From contig OY740806.1 of NCBI GenBank assembly GCA_963514005.1, positions 26,040,001 to 26,104,000 on the forward strand: a DNA stretch of 64,000 nucleotides. The letters are read 5' to 3'. The notes beneath the pieces are model-generated. The model was not told the DNA's origin and ran no database searches. It saw only the letters and a program-made list of their open reading frames with translations. The DNA comes from Raja brachyura. Its lineage: Eukaryota. Below are positions 24,310 through 37,471 of the stretch, in pieces. Positions within the stretch are counted from its first letter, which is position 1. Each line of letters opens with the position of its first letter. The translations under genes and the position numbers were made by a program.

Positions 24310-24767
24310 GTCTGTTGTAGTTCAAAGCTTATTTGTTGTCGTGTTTAATAGCCTGATGGCTGTAGAGAAGAAGCTGTTCCTGAACCTGGAAGTTACAGTT
24401 TTCAGGCTCCTGTACCTTCTTCCCGATGGCAGTGGTGCAATGAGTGTGGCCAGGATGGTGTAGGCCTCTGATGATGTTAGCTGCCTTTTTGAGGCAGTGA
24501 CTCCACTAAATCTCTTCGATGGTGGGGAGGTCAGAGCATGGACTGGGCAGTGGTCACTACTTTTTGCAGTCTTTTCCGCTCCTAGACGTTGAGTGCTTCA
24601 AGTTCCTAGGTGAAAATATTACCAACAATATGTCATGAACCTACCATATTGAAGTGTAAGCTAAGAGGGAACACCAACGCCTCTATTTCCTCAGGAGACT
24701 GAGGAATTTCAGCATATCTCCAATGATTCTTACAAACCTCTACAGATACATCATAGAAAGCATACTG

Positions 24768-25131
24768 GGGTTACACAAAAAGCTGGAGAAACTCAGCGGG
24801 TGCAGCAGCATCTAAGGAGTGAAGGAGATAGGCGACGTTTCGGGTCGAGACCCTTTTTCAGACTGGTCAGGGATCAGGGAAACGAGAGATATAAACAGTG
24901 ATATGGAGAGATAAAGCAAGAACAATGAGTGAAAGATATGCAAAAAAGTATTGGTGATAAGAAAAACAGGCCATTGTAAGCTGTTTCTGGTGTGAAAATG
25001 AGAAGCTAGTGCGACTTGGGGGGGGGGGGGGAGATGGTGAAGGAATGTCAGGGCCCGAGGGCTGAGGGAGAGGTGGGGGGGTGGGGGGAAAGGAGCAGTC
25101 TGGGTTAACAGAATTGAGAAAATTCAATGTT
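24768..25131 (-). mobile_element. Young 5'-truncated PLE (ORF end, 3'UTR, terminal motif; 364 bp)
   Basis: Perfect 14-bp TSD TAGAAAGCATACTG at 24754-24767 and 25132-25145; minus strand begins with the ORF end NIEFSQFC-stop. Confidence 0.9.
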
Positions 25132-26541
25132 TAGAAAGCATACTGTTAGGTTGTGTCAATCTACCATTGACCCCATCTACACTTCATGCTGCTTCAGAAA
25201 AGCAGCCAACACAATCAGTCTTTTCCCACCCTAGTCATTCCTCCTACTCCCTGCTCGCATCGGGCAGGAGACACGGATGCTCGAAAGCGCACACCACCAG
25301 ATGCAGGAACAGTTTCTTCGCCTTTGCTACCATAAGCTAGGGTACAGTCCCAATTCTCCAACTTACCTCATTGCAGACATTGGACATTTTGCTGTGATCA
25401 ATATTTGTACACTGTATCTTCTATTCACTCTACCTATTGAACTTGAGATTGGCTTGATTGTATTTATGTGTGATATTAACTGATTTGATTGAACAGCATT
25501 TAATTAACAGCTTTTCACTGTACTTTGGTACATATGACAGTAACAAACCTAAACCTCTGTGAAAGTCTATATCCGAGAGTGGGCCGAAGAATCTTCAGGG
25601 GACTGTGGGATGATGTTAGAGGAGATCTAAATCATGAAGGTCATAGACAAGGTGAATGCACACAGTCTTCTTCCCAGGCAATGTGAACCAAAAACTAGAA
25701 GGCATAGGCTTAAGGTGAGAGGGGAAAATTAAAAAGGGACCCAAGGAACAATTTCTTCACACAGAGGGTGGTAGGTATATAGAACGAGTTGCCTGAGAAA
25801 GTGATTGAGGCAAGTACGTGGAGAATAAATTGGGTGCACTTGTCATTGCGTAAGTCCACATCTGACATGTTGGTGACATTTATAGGCCAGGTGGCCAAAG
25901 TTCAGGACAGGCTGTAAAGAGGAGGAAGAGGATGGCAAGGTAAATGCACAAAATAGAGGGATATGGATTATGTGCAGGTAGATAAAGTCTTGGCGTCATA
26001 TTCAGCACACACATTGTCGGCCAGAGGGCCTGTTCTTGTGCTGTACTGTTCAATGTGTTCTATATAAAGGAACATTGGAGGATTAGTGTTTGTAAATTTG
26101 GTCCAAATAAAAAATCAAGTGTATGTAAGTTTTAAAAGATGAAATCAGACAGAGCCTTAGAGGAATATAAAGCAAATAAGAAAGAAAGAAATGTGAGCCA
26201 TTAGAAGGCCCAAAAAGGTCTTTGGTGAGTTGGATTAAAGAAAGTCCCAAGCCCTATTCTACATACATTAAAAAAACAAGAGGGTAAGCAGAGAGAAGGT
26301 GGGATTGCTCAAAGTTCACAATAGGAGTAAAAATAGGCCATTCAGCCCATTGAGTTTTCTCCGCCATTCAATCGTGGCTGATCTCTGCCTCCTAATCCCA
26401 TTTCCTGCCTTCTCCCCATAACCCTTGATACCCGTTCTAATCAAAGATAAAGACTTTGTGCTTGGTGTCAGAGGATGTAGGCTAGGTACAAAATTAGTTA
26501 TTTGCCTCTGTATTTGCCAAGGAGAAGGAAATGGGGAATAG

Positions 26542-26814
<273 letters not shown>

Positions 26815-26881
26815 TAAAATATCTTTGTTTCAACTGAAAAAATCATTAACACTTCATGAAAAGGATGTCATTGATTGGAAT

Positions 26882-26975
26882 AAGTAGACAAAAATGCTGG
26901 AGAAACTCAGCGGGTGCAGCAGCATCTATGGAGTGAAGGAAATAGGCAACGTTTCAGTCCGAAACCCTTCTTCAG
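26882..26975 (-). mobile_element. Short PLE-derived insertion in the intron after the first kinase exon
   Basis: 10-bp TSD TGATTGGAAT at 26872-26881 and 26976-26985; element 5' end falls exactly at CTGAAGA. Confidence 0.88.
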
Positions 26976-27580
26976 TGATTGGAATGCTAGTTGGAGGTGG
27001 TTTCTTCCAGCACTGACCCAAGATCCGGCTGATACACATTTAGAGGGCCATACTGTTCCCTCGCTTGCTTGGCCGTTCCTTCAGATTAGGGCTGATTTGG
27101 CAGCATGAGATTGTAGAAAGATACACCAGAGACTTTGAACATTCCTTTGCCTCTACCTGCTGAGTTCCTACCGAGATTTTATTCTGCTCCAGATAGTCCA
27201 GCATCTACAGTCTCTTGTGTCTCCCAAGAGATTGCAGCTCTTTGTTCTCATAATTTCACCTTTCTCTCCACCAGTCTCCACTTCCATCCCACACTGCATT
27301 AGTGATTAATTCTCTTTACTCTTGCAAAGATGCTGCTGAGTAGATTTGGGGAGTGGTAAAAATGCAGCTGAATTTTTTTAACAAAAGCAATACTTGCAAT
27401 TTGGCATGTAGCTTGGGATTCGGTCTGCAAAGGGAACACGACGGATAACTAATACTCAAGATTTTTATTACAACTATGTAATTTTTAATGTTGCTTAATG
27501 TCTCATAACTAAAAGCTTTTAGTCCTTTAAAGGATAACAGCAGGAAATATTTGGGGTGTGGATTTTAGGTGTAAGGTGGG

Positions 27581-27696
27581 AAGAAGTGTCTCTGACCTGT
27601 AGAGGTTTGTAAGAATGACCTGAAACGTCACCTACTCTCTTTCTCCAGACATGCTGTCTGGCCTGCTGAGTTCCATCTTTTTATTGTCTATCTTAA
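27581..27696 (+). mobile_element. Older PLE-derived insertion
   Basis: gacctgaaacgtcaccta...ctccagacatgctg; 12-bp flanking repeat GTGTAAGGTGGG at 27569-27580 and 27697-27708. Confidence 0.75.
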
Positions 27697-27840
27697 GTGT
27701 AAGGTGGGTTTTGCTGGCCCTCTGTGTACCTTTATTTTTCTGGTCCATTCGTACCGCAAGCCTGTGGGTATTTTTCAATGTATAAAGTTTGATGATCTGA
27801 GTTGAGGTAGGTGTTGACTTGCTCTTTCTTGTGTTCGCAG

Positions 27841-27904
27841 GTCATGGAGACCAAAAATATGCTGTATCTTGTAACTGAGTATGCCAAAAATGGAGAGATC
27901 TTTG
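27841..27904 (+). CDS. sik2: SIK2 internal coding exon (equivalent to exon 3; 64 bp, phase 0/1)
   Basis: Encodes [21 protein letters not shown] plus the G of Asp. Acceptor ctctttcttgtgttcgcag; donor GTAAGT at 27905. In frame with the previous exon; too short for the ORF track. Confidence 0.96.
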
Positions 27905-28415
27905 GTAAGTGTTTTTCTCATTGCATCTCTGTCCACGTCTGGTCGCCAGTTCTCACGACTCTACATGTGTGAAGACATCTGGTATATATGTTCAGGTTAA
28001 AATGGGTTTACAAAATGAGAGGGATAGCCGCACCATTTGTTTTTTGTAATAGAGCGAACTGAACTTCAGTAATGAAGTGGCACTCAGTAATTCGACCACA
28101 GGCACAAATTCTGGCAGATATATTCGGTGTGTGGCTGAGTGCCAGCTCTGGCTCTTTTTTTCTGAGACAGAATTTGGGCATTCATGTCTCTCTCAGGTGT
28201 GTCTCCCATCCAAGGAGATTTCCACACATTGATATCTCTGCTATAACCTGATAATGACTAGATAATTTATTTATCATCAATGTTGTCAGGACACTGGAGA
28301 TGGTAAACACCAACATGGGCTGATGTTCCATTGGAGCCATGAAGGAGCATGTTTTATAGCATTATGGTACTGTTTCTCAGATGAGACATTAAGCTAAGGC
28401 CTGCATTTATTAATT

Positions 28416-28536
28416 CTTCGTCTTGCGTAGTGTAAAGTTGTAAGACAACTTGTTCTGTTTGATCTTCTGTGCACGCCAGGTTGATTGCATTAGTCAAAAC
28501 AGGGTGGACCACGTGAAGGTTGCAATCTCCCACCCC
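28416..28536. mobile_element. Unclassified 121-bp insertion with 12-bp TSD
   Basis: CATTTATTAATT at 28404-28415 and 28537-28548; interrupts a Deu-SINE-like sequence. Confidence 0.7.
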
Positions 28537-30494
28537 CATTTATTAATTGAACCATCAAGAGCCAATGGCATCCTTTTGAGGAAGAATAAAGGATGCTGTC
28601 TCCAGAGTCCTGGCCACTATTTATCCCAAAGCCAACGTAATTGATAAATAAATTATCTAGGCATTATCATGTTATTGCAATGGGAGATCAGTAGGTGCAA
28701 ATTCAAAAGTACCTCTTGGCTAATAGATACTTCGGGCAACTTGGATTACATAAATTGAAGTTTTTTTTTAAGATGGGTTGCACTGTTACTATGGAATCTT
28801 TACTGTCTGGGATCTCTGAGTGGTTTGAGAGTGGATTTTTGTTTGCAAGGAAATTTTGTTTGAGCTCCTTGCAGGATCTAGCCTGTACACTTTGTGTTGC
28901 ACTGAAGGACTGTTGCATTGTCATTGGTGCCTTTTTTTTATCTGTGCAGGAGCATACGCATTTTTGTTTTAATTCAGCCTTGAAGGATACAAGATTTCAC
29001 CTAAAACATAGCAACTCTTGTATGGTCAACTATCATAAATTCTTATAATTAGTGTGATTGTGCCGGATTAGCAGGATTGTCACTGAACTGTAGGCAAATA
29101 AAATAATTTCACTGTACATAGGTACACATGACAATCACATACCATTGTACATTTGAACCAGTGATCACAGCTTCCTTCACCTAGCCATTTGGACATTGAG
29201 ATTATGAGGAATTCTTAGGCCCAACGCCTCTGTCAACTTAAGTCTTTTATTCATCGTGCATTTGGAGCCATTACTGAATGCAGGATTTCACTGTAGTTAT
29301 TTCCTGGCTGTAATGTGGAGGTGGTGGAAAGTTGGAGGAGGGGGAAGAATGGGTTTGGATCACGTTTTTTAACCTGGAACCTGTTGTATTTAATTCATTT
29401 TGGGGGTCATGCGCATCACAGGCAAGGTCAACATTTGTTATCCATTCTGCATTGCTTTGGAGAAGATGGTTGTGAGCTGCATACATTAACCTTGCAATCA
29501 TTTTCATGAATGCTAGAGGAAGGAGTAATTTCAGTACAGTTTGTGGATGATATACACTGTAGTCACAGTGCACAGAGGGGGGTGTAAATTACTGTTTAGT
29601 ATGACTTGGAGGTAAGAGAACAATCCATTGATACCCAGCTGACAAACTTCCAGAAATGTGGTTCAGAAACACACTTGTGAGGTCTTTGTCAATGGGAAAC
29701 AATTTAGATATTCTCTGTCAAAGGGACAACTCAAGAATTTCTTGTTAGTGCAAACACACTCCAGCGATGCCATCTCAATGGGAACACACTCCTTCACAGC
29801 CTATACATTACTTCCACTTCATCAGAAAGTGTCAACTAAACCCAAAGAGAAAAAGTGTGATCATCAGAAATAAATGTTTATTATTGATATACACAGTAGA
29901 AATAATCTATCAATACATCTAACAAATATAGACAATGAAGGGCTAAGCCTAGATTAATAGACTGCGCAGGAAGCGTTCTCAATACAAACCTGGTCACCTC
30001 ATAGGCCCCAGCAATACTGACTTGCTTGGCAACCTAGCCTTAGATAATACAAAATCTAATAATGTGTGATAAGCTCTTCTAATTGAGCTGCTTTGATGTA
30101 GAATTCTGTTAAGAACATGAAAGAGTTGACTGTTCTGCATCAGCATTTAAGTAGTTTTATGATCTTTCTTGTTGCCCCACTGATGTATGCTTGGCACATT
30201 ATAAGCTCTGTTATATTATGCCATGTCTTTCCTGTGAATGTTTGATTCATTGATTGAATTGATTTGAGTTGAAATATACAGCATGGAAACAGGCCTTTTG
30301 GCTCACCGAGTCCCCGCCATCCATTGATCACCCATTCACATTAGTTCGATGTTATCCCTCTGCCTACCCACTAGGACCAACTAACCTCCAAACCCACACG
30401 TCTTTGGGATCTAGGAGGAAACTGGAGCTTCCAGAGGAAACCAACGCAGATGCTGAAAATTCTAAACACTCTTTAGAATAAGTTTATTCTTTAA

Positions 30495-30690
30495 GGAAAC
30501 AATGAATTGCAGATGCTAGTTTACAAATCATGTCACAAAGTGCTGGAGTAACTCAGCATCTCAGGCAGCACTTCTGGAGAACATGGCTAGGTGAAGCTTC
30601 GGATTGGGATCCTTCTTCAATGTCACCCATCCATGTTCTCCAGAGATGCTGCCTGACCCGCTGAGTTACTACAGCTCTGTGTCTATCTTT
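30495..30690. mobile_element. Older fold-back PLE-derived element
   Basis: gtaactcagc..tcaggcagca..tctggagaacatgg versus ccatgttctccagagatgctgcctga..gctgagttac. Confidence 0.75.
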
Positions 30691-33600
30691 GTTCTTGAGT
30701 TCACTTGGGTTCTCATGCTCTTTCTCAATCTCGTTGTTCATGCCTCCTCTCTTTCTCAAAGGGAAGGCTTTTCTTGGTCTCTTTTTTGTATGTATTCCAT
30801 GGGGTTTACTCATTCTCTCATATTACCTCATGCTTTCTTCTTTTCTGTTTTTTCCGACCTCACATTCTTTCCTTCACATTTACCTGTTCTCCCTTTTTTC
30901 TCATTCTTTTTCGTGTTTGCTTTTCCTTGCTCCTTTCTTCCCTTTTTATTAATCTCTCTTTCTCTCCATTTCACATATCACAGTCAACTGCCTTGATTAT
31001 CATGATTTATTACTTGGGTACAATGTATTCTTCTGTGGAGTGAAACCCATGCTCTGAGAATCTGCCGCAGCATCAGGTAGCATCAGTTTCATCCCACGTG
31101 ACCACCCTTGTGGTTTCCCTACTGACTAAATTCTGGGCAATTCTCTGCCACAACTACGCGTTTCTGTAAAAGCTTTCCTGGAAAGTTCACTGACTTGACT
31201 GGAGTCTGTTTCCTTTTTCCTGTTGAAATTTACTTTCATCCTCCACTGAAACTATTTGTGAACCCTGTTCTCTTCTCATCATTAACTGCACAAATGTTCC
31301 CTAATTTTGTTTTGCCCCTGGTATGTTCTCAGCTCATTGGTTGGTGGTGGGATGCAGGGATGAATGGCCTAGCAAGGACACATCAGTGTTCAGATAAGTG
31401 AGGGTGCAACCGTGTGACGTTGGTAGTTCTCTTGGCTAATGGGAGGCTTGCGTAATCCATGCTTCCTGCTGACAGTTTTAATTGGTTGTTGTGTCTTTTT
31501 TGCAAATTGGTTGTTTCCTGCCAATTGTAGGGCACTGGCTAAAATTTGTAGAGGAAGTGTGTTCATCGTTGATGAGCTGAGAGGAGGCCTGCTTAGAGAA
31601 AGCCAGCATGAAGCTCAGTCCATCAAAGGAAGGCCTTTGTTGCAATGTCTCTAGGCTACATGCTGTACTACTAGTTGCTTTTTATCCTAGCTATTTCTGC
31701 ATTTCTTAAATTTGTAGAAATCCTATGTAGGGAATCCTAATCCTTCATTCTGAAGACTGGTCCCAATTCGTAATACCGTCTGTCCATTTCCCTCCACAGA
31801 TGCTGTCTGACTCGCTGAGTTCCTCCTGCTCTTTGTTTTTTTGTTCAGGATTCCAGCACCTGCAGCCTTGTGACTCCTGGGGAGGAAGCTGTTCACTTGA
31901 TAATTTTATTAACTAAATCTGCAATTGGAGAAATAGGTCATATGCCTGGAGCTTGCTCTGCCAATCAATAAGGTCAACTGCAAAAGATAAACAGCTGGCG
32001 AACTCAACAGGTCAGGCAGCATCTGTGCAGGCAGAGGGATGTTTGACATTTTGGGCTGACACCCTGCATCAGGACTCCACAGTTTGGTGAGAGGTGGGAT
32101 GCAAGGATGTCATTTTGCTTCATGTTAGAGCACCTGCAGTCTTATGCATCCAATGATCTTGGACTGTTGACTTTATGTGCATCTCTTGCACCGACCCCAT
32201 ACCCTTGGTTTCCAGCAGTTTAAAAATGTACTTCACCCATGAGTGATAATAACTCAGCATTCAATTTTCTCGGGCTGAGGATTCCAAAGATTCTCAACCC
32301 GTTTAAATAATTTTATCCCACGCCCCCTCTCCAGATTCTAGATTCCCTCATCAGGGAAAATATTCTTACAGCTTTTGACTTACCAAGCCCCCTTAAAATG
32401 TGTGTTTTAATAAGATCACCCCTCATCCTAAACTCCAGTGTATGGTGGCCTATCCACTTAATCTAGCCATGTTCGGCAGTGACCGTAGTGCCACAAACAC
32501 TCCCTGCTATGGAGATTGAAGGTGAATACAGAGGATTGTATAATATCAGTTCCCTTAGCATAAGACAGTATCACACACAAACATGTCAGAGCTCCACGAT
32601 GATTGGGAGATGACCATGTGTTGCTTGTGTTATAAACTGAAGAAGGTGACAGTTTTGGAGCATGTTTGCTTTAATGGAAGTGACATTGCCATTGCTTTTC
32701 TTCGTAACATTGGATAGTACCAGTTCCTTTTGTCACTTTATTAGTTTCATGGATACTTATTGTAGCAATTTGCCTTTTATTGACCTCTTGGATAAGTCAC
32801 AGATAATGTGAGGAATAAAATTGACTTTGGCTTTGACTGAGACATTTCCTGATAAAAATATTTCTCTAATGTGAAGGAAGGGGAAGATGTACAAAGTTAA
32901 AGCGCACTTGTTAAGAAAAAGTTGGGTGTCGATATGACGTGTCTTTCAAACGATATGCATCCCAAAAACATTCCTATTTGTCGTATTGTTCAGCATGATA
33001 GATTATATTAATAGAATAAGTTGTTCGTATTTTTGTGGGTTTGGTTGGTATAAGAATATTGTTTTGAGTCACCAAGAAAGGTCATGAGTTCTTGAAGCAA
33101 GCCATTGGATTTTGAATATTAACCTCAGCCCTCTGAAATAGAGGGCTAGTATTTCTCAAAAATTGGTTTGAATGCACATTTTTCCTCTTCATGGAGTCTC
33201 TATCACAATTGAAAATTGACAAATGGAGTACTAGAATTAAATATAACTCTACCTCTAACAAAGGAACAATGTGAAACTTGGATGACGAGAGAAATTAGGC
33301 TTTGATCAAGAAAAAGGCGGCATGGGCAGGTATAGGCAGCTAGGATCCAGTGCATCCCTGGCGGAGTTTTGGGAACTGAGGAGTTAGCTAAAAAAGGAAA
33401 TCAGGAGGGCATAGAGGGGAAATATATTATAGGAAACCTGAGGAGCAACATTTTCACACAGAGGGTAGTGGAACAAGCTGCTAGAGGAGGTTGTAGAGGC
33501 AGGTACTTATCACCACGTTTGGATAGATACATGGATAGGATAGGTTTAGAGGGTTGGAGGGTTGCCAAAGGCCCTGTTTCCACGCTCTATGATGATGAAT

Positions 33601-35660
33601 ATGTAAACAATTCCAGCGACATTGCTTCCTGCCAGTGATGCTTTGGATGACCGATGATTGCGTAAAGATCTCCAGCTGACATGTTTAATGCAGTAAAATG
33701 CATAATTCCAGATAGTTTCTTTCATCCTTTTCTGTAATTAGATAGTTTGTTACCTTGCAGTGACACACTGATTACAAATATTCTTGTTAAAGTATGCATA
33801 GCAATCAGTGGGAAGATAAGTGTATTTGTGTGGAAAGTGTGGTGTGATTGTAAAAGTTTAATAAAGAACTCGATCATGACTTTGCTGAGCATACTCAGCT
33901 GCTCTCATGCCACCTCTCATCTGTCACCTCCAACCTTCATTTGATTAGAATTGGGTTCATATTTGGGGTGATAATGCAGTTTTCTGTGAAGCCAAAATGT
34001 CAAACAATTTTTCCAACTGATTATGTTTCAAACCTTTGATTTCTTTAGGGCATGTTCTAATTAAAACAGGCAGATTTCCATCCCTAAAGAACATTAGTAA
34101 ATCTTATGGGTATTTTCAGCAACTCAGCACTTTTGGGATCACCATTATAAATTCTAGCATTTTATTTCCAGATTTATTAAAATTGAATTAATTGTTCTCC
34201 AGCCTCTGGACTATACAACCATACCCTGATACTGATTAATGAAATACTGGCAAGAGTGTTGGCTCCTGGAAAGTCACTGCTCTGCGTGAATCATCGCCTG
34301 CAGAGGGGTAAAGCAGCAACGTTTGAAGAGGGGAGGTGGGAGTTGGTGGGTAAGTGTTGGAATGAGACTACCTCTTGTCATTTCAACATTTGCTTATCAT
34401 CCTCGTAAAACTCTCTTCATTCAACCTTTTTGTTTGTCAAAACGAGGGTCATTGTCTACGGCCTTGACGTCATGAACACATCTCCTTCAGCATCAACTAC
34501 TGGCAGTGGACGGTGAGATTTGCTTTAGGAATGGAGAAGTACAAAACTCTCCATTAAAAATGACTAAAATTTACATTAAAGAGGTTGATTAAAAATTACC
34601 TATTTAATGTTATCTGCAGAACAAAGTCCGTCCACATGTACAATAGCAGCAAATGTAATTGCCCATCATTAGATCACTTCAGCTGGAGCAGCTGAGAGCT
34701 GTAAATCAATGCATGTCTCTGCTCAATGTGTGGTGTTTACTGCACAAAATTCTCTGTGGCAGTTGTCAAAGGCTGAGAGAAGCTGAGTTTTGATGGCGTG
34801 ATGTTAAAGTAAATTAGTAAGGAGGTGACAACGGATAAAATGCTGCAGTTTCAGCTTCGGAGCATTTGAAATATGCTGAAATGTTGGAGCAGCTGTAAAT
34901 ACAGGAAGTGCGTTTTTTCCTTGGCTCCATTGGACGCCTGTGGTCTAAACTGCAAATCTGGCACTAACCCAACAGGTGGATTTGGGCTCTGGGGCGGTCT
35001 CACCAAGGAAACCAGAGTGAAAACTTTTGCCAGATTATTATCAAAGCTTTTTTGTTCCAAAGTACTAAATTAGTATAATTATACAAATTAATTCAAAACT
35101 GAATTGAGGAAAAATATGTATAGTAGTTAAAGCGTGGACCAGATTCTTAATTGAGGTAATTAGTATAGAGGGCATTTAAAACAAAGGAAATGTGTTTCTG
35201 TGCTGCAAAATTCCTCATGCAGAAATTTGTTCTTGGCTTTTCTAGTGGATTTGAGTAATTAACCGTGCTGATCTTTAAGCAGACCTAATCCCTCCACAGC
35301 CATCGCTTCACTCTTAATATACCTGTTGAATCTCTTGTGATTTTCATTTATCTTGCCCACTAGATCCATCTCTTGCCCACTTTTCCTCTCCTGATTTCCC
35401 TCTTAAGTGTACTCCTACATGTTTATACTGGTCAAGGGATTTACTTGATCCTGACAGGTTTATTCTGATGAATGCCTCATTTTTCTTGACTAGGGCCTCA
35501 GTATCTCTTTTCTACCAGGGTTCACTAAACAGTCTGGGTGTCCCAGTTAATATTAGAAAAGCTAAAATCTCCCACTAATACTATCCTATTATTCGTGCAT
35601 CTATCTGCGACCTCCCTATATATCTGCTCTTCTAATTCCCGCTGACAGATAGTTTTCTGA

Positions 35661-35750
35661 TGAAGGGTCTCGACCCGAAACGTCGCCTATTCCATTGCTC
35701 CATAGATGCTGCCTCACCCGCTGAGTTTCTCCAGCTTTTTTGTCTGACCG
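35661..35750 (+). mobile_element. Short PLE-derived insertion with canonical CTGATGA core
   Basis: 10-bp TSD AGTTTTCTGA at 35651-35660 and 35751-35760; motif CTGATGA-A-GGGTCTCGACCC-GAAA-CGTC at 35657-35684, whose first four bases overlap the TSD. Confidence 0.88.
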
Positions 35751-37241
35751 AGTTTTCTGAAAAGGTCAACAAGAGGATTTCTTGAGGGCAGGGCCATGGC
35801 CATTGTCTACATGGACTTCAACAAGGTCAAGAATCTGAATTCCTGCCCGCTGCAACATCTCCTTAGCCATGTATTCATCTTGCCTGTACCTCTGTTTCTA
35901 CCCTCACTAGCATGACACCAGTACTAATTCAGAGGTTACTACCCTTGAGGTCCTGCTTTTTAACTTCTTTCCTAACTCCCTATATTCTCTCGCAGGACCT
36001 CAAATTTTTTCCATTGGCATGATCTCCACAATGACTCTGGCTGCCCACCTTTCTTACAATCTGCTCAAATGTAAAAGTAAAACAAGAACCAGTGATCACA
36101 ACTCTGCTTTTTATGATAGCCATCAATAGAAATAAGTCTGACCTTAGGGAAGGGAACTAAATTGGAATATGGCACATTTCAGCATTATTAGTCAGGTAAA
36201 TTGGGAGTGATTGGTGTTGGGGAAAGGCCACATCTGACAGGCGGTAGTCGTTTAATGGCCAGCTGATCAGATTTCGGGACCGCCATGTTACAGTAACGGT
36301 AAGGGATAATGATGGCAAAGTAAGGTAACTAAGAGGTTGTAAATTTAGTCCAAAAAAAGGAAGTATCCATAAGGTTTAAACAAAATGAAATCATGCAGGG
36401 CCCTTGAGGAATATAAAGCTAGCAAGAAAGAACTCAAGCAGGCAATTAGAAGGGCCATATGGGGCCAGCAAGTGGAGTTTGAGATTAAGCTAGAGGATGT
36501 GTTGTGGCTCTTGAAGAACATTAAGGTGGAAGTATCCCCAGGGCATAATGGGATCTATTCCTGGTTAATGAAAGAGGCAAGAGAGGAGATTGCAGGGGCC
36601 TCGATGAAAATCTTTGCACCATCTATAGCCCCAGGCGAGGTCTTGGAGGACTCAAAAGTAGCTAATGTTGTATAGCAAGGGAGGTAGAGATAATTCAGGA
36701 CATTATAGACTGGTGAACATGACAAGAGTGGTGGGGAAACCTTTGGAGAGGATTCTCCGAGATAATATTTACTTCCATTTAGAATAGAATGGGTTAGTGA
36801 GGGACATTCAGCATGGCAGGCCATGTCTTACAAATTAGATTGAGTTTTTTGAGGTGGGGACAAAGGTGGCTGATGAGGTTAGGGCAGTGGATGTTGTCCA
36901 CATGGATTTTAGTAACGCATTTGATAAAGTCCCTCATTATAGGCTGATCCAGAAAATTAAGATGCACGGATCCACAGTGATTTGGGCATTTGAATTCAGA
37001 GTTCTGCAGGGATCTGTGCTGGGATCCTGAGATGCTGGGACCTCTTTGTTTCTGATACATATAAATGACTTGTTGATTTAAATGGTTGGTTAGTAAACTT
37101 GCAGATGACTCCAATTGATGGAGTTGCAGACAGTGAGGATGGCTGTCAAAGTTTACAGCGGAATATACAGTAGATCAGCTACAGAAAAGGGCGGAGAAAC
37201 GGCAGGTGGAGTTTATTCCGAGCAAGTATGAGGTGTTACAC

Positions 37242-37471
37242 GGGTTACACAAAAAGCTGGAGAAACTCAGCGGGTGCAGCAGCATCTAAGGAGCGAAGGA
37301 GATAGGCGACGTTTCGGGTCGAGACCCTTCTTCAGACTGGGTCTGAAGAAGGGTCTCGACCCGAAACGTCGCCTATCTCCTTCGCTCCTTAGATGCTGCT
37401 GCACCCGCTGAGTTTCTCCAGCTTTTTGTGTAACCCTCGATTCTCCAGCATCTACAGTTCCTTCTTTAACA
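37242..37471. mobile_element. Very young palindromic PLE-derived retroposon (230 bp): 96-bp perfect inverted repeat plus 35-nt tail
   Basis: Arms 37242-37337 and 37341-37436 are exact reverse complements with loop TGG; tail 37437-37471; perfect 14-bp TSD ATGAGGTGTTACAC at 37228-37241 and 37472-37485. Confidence 0.95.
37338..37375 (+). ncRNA. Putative minimal type I hammerhead ribozyme motif
   Basis: UGGGU-CUGAAGA-A-GGGUC(UC)GACCC-GAAA-C-GUC/GCCUA. Core boxes CUGAnGA and GAAA, GUC triplet (predicted cut after 37370), helix II hairpin, palindromic ACGU in place of helix III, and a possible 5-bp helix I with two G-U pairs. Confidence 0.65.

Larger units (their letters stand above)
23960..25555. 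mobile_element. Nested Rex1-like LINEs: a plus copy split by a minus copy (about 24010-24590), both hit by PLE insertions
   Basis: Plus copy atcaatggtgctaaagtggaaa resumes at gagtgcttcaagttcctagg (about 24591); the minus copy has a (tcaagag)n tail. Confidence 0.7.

Noticed and set aside
33589-33683. Possible C/D box snoRNA (ATGATGA...CTGA, about 90 nt)
   Set aside because: The C box overlaps a CR1 3' tail, the terminal stem is only about 3 bp, and no rRNA guide was recognised.
37242-37436. Interpretation as a DNA-transposon MITE or a pre-miRNA
   Set aside because: The asymmetric tail, 14-bp TSD and linkage of the arm sequence to GIY-YIG ORFs indicate PLE origin; a perfect 96-bp stem is unlike a pre-miRNA.
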